A stretch of DNA of 64,000 nucleotides, taken from Almyronema epifaneia S1 (GTDB taxonomy: Bacteria; Cyanobacteriota; Cyanobacteriia; Phormidesmidales; Phormidesmidaceae). The translations under genes were made by a program, and so were the position numbers. A model generated the notes under the pieces. That model worked only from the letters and a program-made list of their open reading frames with translations. It had not been told where the DNA came from and made no database searches. The stretch spans positions 46,837-110,836 of the forward strand of contig NZ_JBHZOL010000088.1 in assembly GCF_042788235.1 (NCBI RefSeq), read 5' to 3'. Positions 59,125 to 64,000 of the stretch are shown piece by piece. Numbering within the stretch: the first letter of the stretch is position 1; each line of letters starts with the position of its first letter.

Positions 59125-59293
59125 ACAATTTTGACCAACTTAGCCGCTAAGCCAGCGCCGACAGCGCTAGCTGGCTGGAGCTGAAAGGCTTACTGCGATT
59201 AGTAACTAGCTAGCTAAAACGCCTACATTTACCGGAGACTTGAATCCTTGCTAGCGTCATGCCACCCTAAGGGGCGTTGTATCGTGGGGTGGG

Positions 59294-60037
59294 GTGGACA
59301 TGTCATCCTCATGGTTTTATGCGTATCCGCAACTTGAAGCGGGTCTTTTAGTCAAACGCTATAAGCGCTTCTTTGCCGATATTGAACTGGATTCTGGCAG
59401 CCTGATCACGGCTCATTGCCCCAACACAGGCCCGATGACAGGTGTTTGTCAGGTTGGTAGCCGTGTTTTAGTTTCCCGCAGCCTGAATCCTAAGCGCAAG
59501 CTAGCATACACCTGGGAAGCAATCGAGGTCAACGACAGTCAGCCGACTTGGGTTGGAATCAATACAGCTTTGCCCAACCGGGTTGTGCGAGCCGCTTTAG
59601 AAGCCAACCTGTGGCCGCAGCTAGAGCCTTACACAGCCATTAAAGCTGAGGTACCTTATGGCCGCGATCGCAAAAGCCGCATCGACTTTTTGCTGCTGAA
59701 TGAATTGGATCCGGCAGGGATGCCCACCTATGTGGAAGTTAAAAATACCACCTGGGCGCAGGGCAAACAAGCTTTGTTTCCAGATACGGTGACCACTCGT
59801 GGTCAAAAGCACTTGCGAGAACTCACAGCTTTGCCGCCTGACGCTAGAGCCGTAATGCTGTATTTCATCAATCGGGGAGACTGCCTAGAGTTTTCTCCTG
59901 GTGATAGCGCTGATCCAGCGTATGGGCAACTGCTGCGGCTGGCGATCGCGGCTGGGGTTGAAGTCTTGCCCTGTCGCTTTGAAATTACGCCTGTAGGCAT
60001 TGCTTATCAGGGTTTGGCAAAGCTAAAACTGCCCTAG
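59294..60037 (+). CDS. sfsA: sugar fermentation stimulation protein A (DNA-binding nuclease-fold protein)
   Basis: LVKRYKRFFADIEL... is typical of the SfsA N-terminus; the length matches. A likely start is Met-3 at 59300. Confidence 0.85.
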   Translation: MDMSSSWFYAYPQLEAGLLVKRYKRFFADIELDSGSLITAHCPNTGPMTGVCQVGSRVLVSRSLNPKRKLAYTWEAIEVNDSQPTWVGINTALPNRVVRAALEANLWPQLEPYTAIKAEVPYGRDRKSRIDFLLLNELDPAGMPTYVEVKNTTWAQGKQALFPDTVTTRGQKHLRELTALPPDARAVMLYFINRGDCLEFSPGDSADPAYGQLLRLAIAAGVEVLPCRFEITPVGIAYQGLAKLKLP

Positions 60038-60164
60038 CCAGAGTAAAGCGCGGCGTTTGCCTCAGTCTTTACTCCTCGGCTAGTGAGCAGGTTGCTCAGA
60101 ACGCTAGCAGGAAAATTTACAAACGTCTGGAAATCGCCAGACTTTGCATTTCTTATTTTTTATC

Positions 60165-60250
60165 GGAGTTTTCCCCATGTATTCCACAGAGTTTCCACAG
60201 CTTTCCCCAAAGTTTTCCACAGGTTGTTTAGAGTTTTCCACAGGTTTTGA
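60165..60250. promoter_or_regulatory. helically phased array of TTCCACAG / TTCCCCA T-tract motifs, ~11-bp period
   Basis: TTCCACAG at 60182, 60193, 60215 and 60236; TTCCCCA at 60171 and 60203. Each is preceded by a T-tract, giving 7 phase positions 10-11 bp apart. Confidence 0.6.
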
Positions 60251-60631
60251 CGCTGGCATCAGAGTCTCACGGATTTCTTTGGATTTTTCAGGCAGGGCGA
60301 ATTGTTTCTCAGGAAAGCAGCTTCTTCATAAAGTAATGTAAGCAAAAACTGTCTGAAATACCTATTGCCTCGTAAACCTTGAGTTTATCTGAAGTTTATT
60401 GCAATACTTCGCAACATTGACAACCCTACCCCCCCATAGCGCACAATGATGCGACTACCAGATGAAAGCGCTTCGCCCTCAGCTTGTGTTTTTGCTTCCC
60501 AGCTTCGGGAAAGGCACGAGTGCAGGCCAGTTTGGCGCTGATTTGGGCTGTCTGTCAATCAGTGCCAACTTTAAAGCCATTGATTTATCTGCCTGAAAAT
60601 TTGCTCCATGCCGTAACTTTTGAGGTTCCTG

Positions 60632-60832
60632 ATGAACACAACGATTAGCATCTTGGCCGAGATTCCTGAAGAACTGCACGAGTCCCTCAAGTGCTTTTTA
60701 GACACCCATCCCGCGTGGGATCAAGACCGGGTTTTCTCAGCTGCGCTCTCTCTTTTCTTGTTACAAAATAGCGACGGCGATCGCCGTGCTTCCCGTGTCT
60801 ACCTAGATACGCTGTTCAACTACGCCGCGTAA
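60632..60832 (+). CDS. small conserved cyanobacterial protein (66 aa), possibly DUF2811-like
   Basis: ATG 7 nt after GAGGT. MNTTISILAEIPEELHESLKCFLDTHPAWDQDRVFSAALSLFLLQN has a strand-helix-helix character. A hairpin (60844-60878) follows the stop. Confidence 0.45.
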   Translation: MNTTISILAEIPEELHESLKCFLDTHPAWDQDRVFSAALSLFLLQNSDGDRRASRVYLDTLFNYAA

Positions 60833-60908
60833 ATTTGGCTATAGCGTTAAGGGCGATTGGTTAACCGTCCTTAACGTGACTCAAACCACTGATCGGACGT
60901 TGACCTTA

Positions 60909-60946
60909 TTTTTTCTTTTAGAAATTTTCTTTTAGAAATATTTTTT
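60909..60946. repeat. tandem 15-bp AT-rich direct repeat (ttttcttttagaaat x2)
   Basis: Seen directly at 60911-60939, in the PHP-gene upstream region. Confidence 0.6.
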
Positions 60947-61096
60947 GACTGAGCACTTATCCGTAGAAAGGTGTATCCAATTTGTCTGCAAGCTGGGTCT
61001 ACAGGGCTGAATGATGAATAGAACAATTAAGCTGGTCGTTTTGCCAGTGCGGATATAGTATAAAAAAAGCGATAAGTCAACTTAGTTTATTTAATT

Positions 61097-61822
61097 ATGT
61101 CGGTTAATCCTGCCCTGGTTTCAACAGTGGCAGTGCAGGGCGCTCTGACACTTCGGCAAATTTTTGCAACTGTAGACGCTCAGAGCTGTCCCCATAGCTA
61201 CAACTTTCACATGCATACGGTTTGCTCAGACGGGCAGCTAGAGCCAGAGGCGCTTGTGGAGCAGGCAATTTCGATCGGATTGGTAGAATATGCCATTACC
61301 GATCATCACAGCGTCAGCGGCTATAGTCGAGCCAAAGCTTGGCTAGAAGATTGGCAGTGGCGTCATCCTGCGTCCATTCGAGGCAAGTCTCGTCGCCGAG
61401 CAGCTCTGCCTCGCCTGTGGTCAGGCGTAGAGATTACAGCCCTGCTGCTAGAAACCGAGGTTCATATTCTTGGCTATGCCTTTGATATCGATCACCCTTC
61501 GATGCAGCCTTACTTACAAGGCTATAGTCGTCGCGACAGCGATCGCGCGGCTCAAAAAGTGATCGCAGCCATTCAGCAAGCCAATGGACTGGCCGTTTTA
61601 GCGCATCCTGCTCGCTATCGACGTTCTGCTGAGGAATTGATTCAGGCGGCAGCCCAAATGGGCATTGATGGGGCAGAAGCCTATTATGCCTACGACAACC
61701 CCGCTCACTGGCGACCCAGTCCGGACAAAACGCGCACCGTCGAATATTTAGCCCGATCGCATGGCTTGCTACGCACCTGTGGTACCGATACGCATGGTAA
61801 AAGCCTACTGAAGCGGCTATAG
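61097..61822 (+). CDS. PHP (polymerase/histidinol-phosphatase) domain metal-dependent phosphoesterase
   Basis: His motifs HMHTVCSDG, ITDHH, and C-terminal TDTHG. Confidence 0.75.
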   Translation: MSVNPALVSTVAVQGALTLRQIFATVDAQSCPHSYNFHMHTVCSDGQLEPEALVEQAISIGLVEYAITDHHSVSGYSRAKAWLEDWQWRHPASIRGKSRRRAALPRLWSGVEITALLLETEVHILGYAFDIDHPSMQPYLQGYSRRDSDRAAQKVIAAIQQANGLAVLAHPARYRRSAEELIQAAAQMGIDGAEAYYAYDNPAHWRPSPDKTRTVEYLARSHGLLRTCGTDTHGKSLLKRL

Positions 61823-62265
61823 CTAGGCGCGTGGGTGTAGCGATAAGCCTATACAGCTTTACACAGTCATTTAAAGTCAACTTTCCCAGGCAGGTCAGCC
61901 TGGGAAGACATAGTTGCTATCAGCGGCGATCGCCTGATTAGCGGCTACTTGGGCAGGCTTTCAAAAAACATGAGTCCAATCAAACCCGCACTCATTAAAG
62001 CCATAATCAAACCCAAACCCAGCGCTTGACTAATCGCTGTACGGGATAAAGAAGCTTTCATGTTATTTAGCTCACAAATTTAGATGAGAGCACAATAGCA
62101 TTTGTTAAAGAGGCGCTACGGAAAGTGAATTAATGCTTCATAAAGTTAATACTTCGTTACGTTATTGCCGCCAAGGCTGGCTTCGCCTGACTCGGCTCGG
62201 CTACTAGCTATTTGCTCAAAACATCTGCTCTAGACGGTAACGCCGACTTTGCCTCATCAACTTGC

Positions 62266-63462
62266 TTATTCTTCAGCCGCCTCGGTTGAAATGCCTTGCG
62301 AAAGCGCCTGAGGATCGGTGCAGTTAGCTTCGTTGTATCGCACGGGAATTAAGAATTGGTGGGCTTGGTAAGCTTCAGCCGCCGCAAAATCAACTTCTTC
62401 AACCACCTGCAAAGCTTTTTGGTTTAGCCCCGGATAGCCCGTACTTTTCAGCAAGACGGGAGCACTCGCCGCTTCTCCGGCAGGATTGGTTAAAATGCCT
62501 ACTCTAGCCGCCGTCGGCGGGGTAGGCAGACAGATGCGTAACGGATAGGCAATGGGAATTTCGGTGGCGGGCTGGAGGGGAAGTTCACTAATCTCTAGCT
62601 CGGCTTGGGTGTTAGAGAGCCAGTCAGCTAAAGCCGTTTCAGCCGCGGCTTCAGAGGTACCTGATTCGCTGTAGGTATAGGCGGCTTGAAAGGCTTCTAA
62701 TTCTGCTCTGAGGGGGTTGGCTTCATCCTGATCGGCTTCAGCTTGATCGGCTGGGTCGGCGCTGGCTTCTGAGCTAGAAAGCGATCGCGTTGAGCCATTT
62801 CTGTCGGTTCTCAGGTCGTCTGCACTTTGAGAAGGTCGAGTTGCAATTTGTAAGCTGTCAACGCCAACGGTGCGCCGCTCTAGTTCTGCTGGCGTAATTT
62901 CGTTGACGCCCTCGCTAGCAGAGCCGCGACTGGCCTGATTGCCAGGGGCTGGAGCCGTTGCCCCTGGACGAATTTGAGTCTGGCCGGAACGGGTTGTAGC
63001 TTGGGAGTTGCTGCGTCTTCCGGCTGTGCCGCCGCCTGAATAACCTGAGGGGTTGCCGCGTACGCTGGTATTGCCCAAAGGCGGATTGTAGTAAAACGGA
63101 TTGGGAGGCGCTGATTGACCGTTTGAAAAGTAAGCGGTAGAGCCGGGTGAACGGCTATTGGGCAATTGCAATTCCCCTAGTGAACCGGGCTGAGGTAGCA
63201 GTGAAAAAGTTGGGTTGGAAAAGTCTGGCAAGCGCTGTTGTTCTGCTGGCGATAGCTCCACCAACGGCACCGTGCGTTCGTCGCTTAAGGCTTCTGGCTC
63301 GGCTAAAGACGCCAGCGAAAACGACGTAAAGTGGGGAGACGCCGCAAACAAAATGCCGTGAATACCAACCGAAACGGCGGCGGCAATTCCTGTAGGTTGC
63401 CGCAGTGGCGCTAGCAATTTGCCGTACTTGACAGATTTAAGAGCAGATAATCGCGAAAACAT
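62266..63462 (-). CDS. TonB-like protein (N-terminal TM anchor, long Pro/Ser/Gly-rich linker, C-terminal TonB_C-like domain)
   Basis: TM segment GIAAAVSVGIHGILFAA, a ~250-aa low-complexity linker, and C-terminal ARVGILTNPAGEAASAPVLLKSTGYPGLNQKALQVVEEVDF resembling TonB_C. Confidence 0.5.
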   Translation of the reverse strand: MFSRLSALKSVKYGKLLAPLRQPTGIAAAVSVGIHGILFAASPHFTSFSLASLAEPEALSDERTVPLVELSPAEQQRLPDFSNPTFSLLPQPGSLGELQLPNSRSPGSTAYFSNGQSAPPNPFYYNPPLGNTSVRGNPSGYSGGGTAGRRSNSQATTRSGQTQIRPGATAPAPGNQASRGSASEGVNEITPAELERRTVGVDSLQIATRPSQSADDLRTDRNGSTRSLSSSEASADPADQAEADQDEANPLRAELEAFQAAYTYSESGTSEAAAETALADWLSNTQAELEISELPLQPATEIPIAYPLRICLPTPPTAARVGILTNPAGEAASAPVLLKSTGYPGLNQKALQVVEEVDFAAAEAYQAHQFLIPVRYNEANCTDPQALSQGISTEAAEE

Positions 63463-63552
63463 AAGAATCGCTCGTCACCCCCGGTTGGCTTCCAACAAAC
63501 CGACCTTAATTACCTTCAAAAAGTTGCCTTCACCACTGGCTAAATAACAGCT

Positions 63553-64000
63553 TTAGGTTGGTTTAACCTGCACAATGAGCAGCGAAAAGTAAGGCAACTT
63601 CAAATCTCGATACTGACTGAGACCAGCATAGATCACCTGATCCGATCTTGTGGCATTCTCAACAATAAAGCTGCGCTCTAAAAGCTGATGGGTTTGCAAG
63701 ATAGACCAAACCGCAGCGTAAACTGAGCTGACTTTCATCAAAACAATAACATCTGCCCAAGCCAGCGCTTGCGTAATTTGGGTTGGGGCATAAAGTGCTG
63801 GGAGCACCGCCAGCTTTTGCGCTTGGATGGTTAACGGTATCCCTAGCGCAGCCGCAGCGGCTAAAGGTGAGCAAACCCCTGGTACAGCTTCGATTTGGCT
63901 TTGGGGATAGAGGTGCTGTAGCGTCTGAGCCAGATAGGTGAAGGTGCTGTAAAAACTGATATCGCCTTCGCTAGCAAAGGCGACGTCTTGACCCTGCTGT
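63553..64000 (-). CDS. cobI: precorrin-2 C20-methyltransferase (C-terminal part; the gene starts beyond the window end)
   Basis: The reverse strand of 63808-64000 reads ...GDISFYSTFTYLAQTLQ...AVPGVCSPLAAAAALGIPL..., continuing in frame with ORF 63553-63807. This matches the CobI/CbiL tetrapyrrole methylase. Confidence 0.7.
   Translation of the reverse strand, partial: QQGQDVAFASEGDISFYSTFTYLAQTLQHLYPQSQIEAVPGVCSPLAAAAALGIPLTIQAQKLAVLPALYAPTQITQALAWADVIVLMKVSSVYAAVWSILQTHQLLERSFIVENATRSDQVIYAGLSQYRDLKLPYFSLLIVQVKPT

Noticed and set aside
59125-59293. Pho box (SphR/PhoB site) upstream of phnD
   Set aside because: There is only a weak resemblance (tTTTAgCT-agc-TAGTTACT-aat-...) to PyTTAAPyPyT repeats. 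It is not convincing without alignment to orthologous promoters.
60144-60341. 65-aa plus-strand ORF predicted over the TTCCACAG array
   Set aside because: Its sequence (FPMYSTEFPQLSPKFSTGCLEFSTGF) is just the repeat read in frame. There is no Shine-Dalgarno sequence and it is extremely repetitive, so I interpret it as non-coding regulatory or curved DNA.
1-64000. CRISPR arrays, transposases, integrases, phage genes
   Set aside because: No regularly spaced direct repeats with unique spacers were found. The only dispersed repeats are the MITE-like elements, which have a variable context. No ORF shows DDE or tyrosine-recombinase motifs. The window therefore looks like core chromosome, not an obvious mobile island.

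Overview
This 64-kb window looks like chromosomal DNA from a cyanobacterium. The octamer GCGATCGC (HIP1) occurs dozens of times, overall GC is mid-range, and several genes are typical of the clade: a PanC-Cmk fusion, cryptochrome DASH, a GH57 glucan enzyme, an N-II-like amino-acid ABC transporter, a VTE6-like DUF92 protein and an NnrU/Z-ISO-like protein. I could support about 57 protein-coding genes. Most are housekeeping or transport genes: lpxD, rlmD, tpiA, comB, cysC, purM, rlpA, panC/cmk, ruvA, coaD, miaE, ribD, speA, sfsA, a cobI fragment, and the amino-acid ABC, phnDCE, SLC13 and MFS transporters. There are also two paralogous REC-GGDEF response regulators. I found no rRNA, tRNA, CRISPR array, transposase or integrase. 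The non-obvious signals are: (i) a family of at least 7 copies of a ~70-120 bp MITE-like dispersed repeat with a conserved hairpin core, all intergenic; (ii) a helically phased (~11 bp) array of TTCCACAG / TTCCCCA T-tract motifs at 60165-60250, upstream of a small conserved ORF; (iii) a split STAND module, an NB-ARC P-loop NTPase gene followed after a 17-nt overlap by a TPR-array gene, at the left edge; (iv) two intrinsic terminators with the same stem sequence; (v) a 108-bp in-frame tandem repeat inside a fasciclin-domain gene; (vi) a divergent pair of polysaccharide deacetylases, one fused to a phosphodiester-glycosidase (NAGPA-like) domain; (vii) a lipase-like alpha/beta hydrolase directly coupled to an RsbW-like kinase; (viii) several AT-rich intergenic islands with hairpins and small ORFs. 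All calls come from reading the ORF translations and the DNA by eye. No database search was run.
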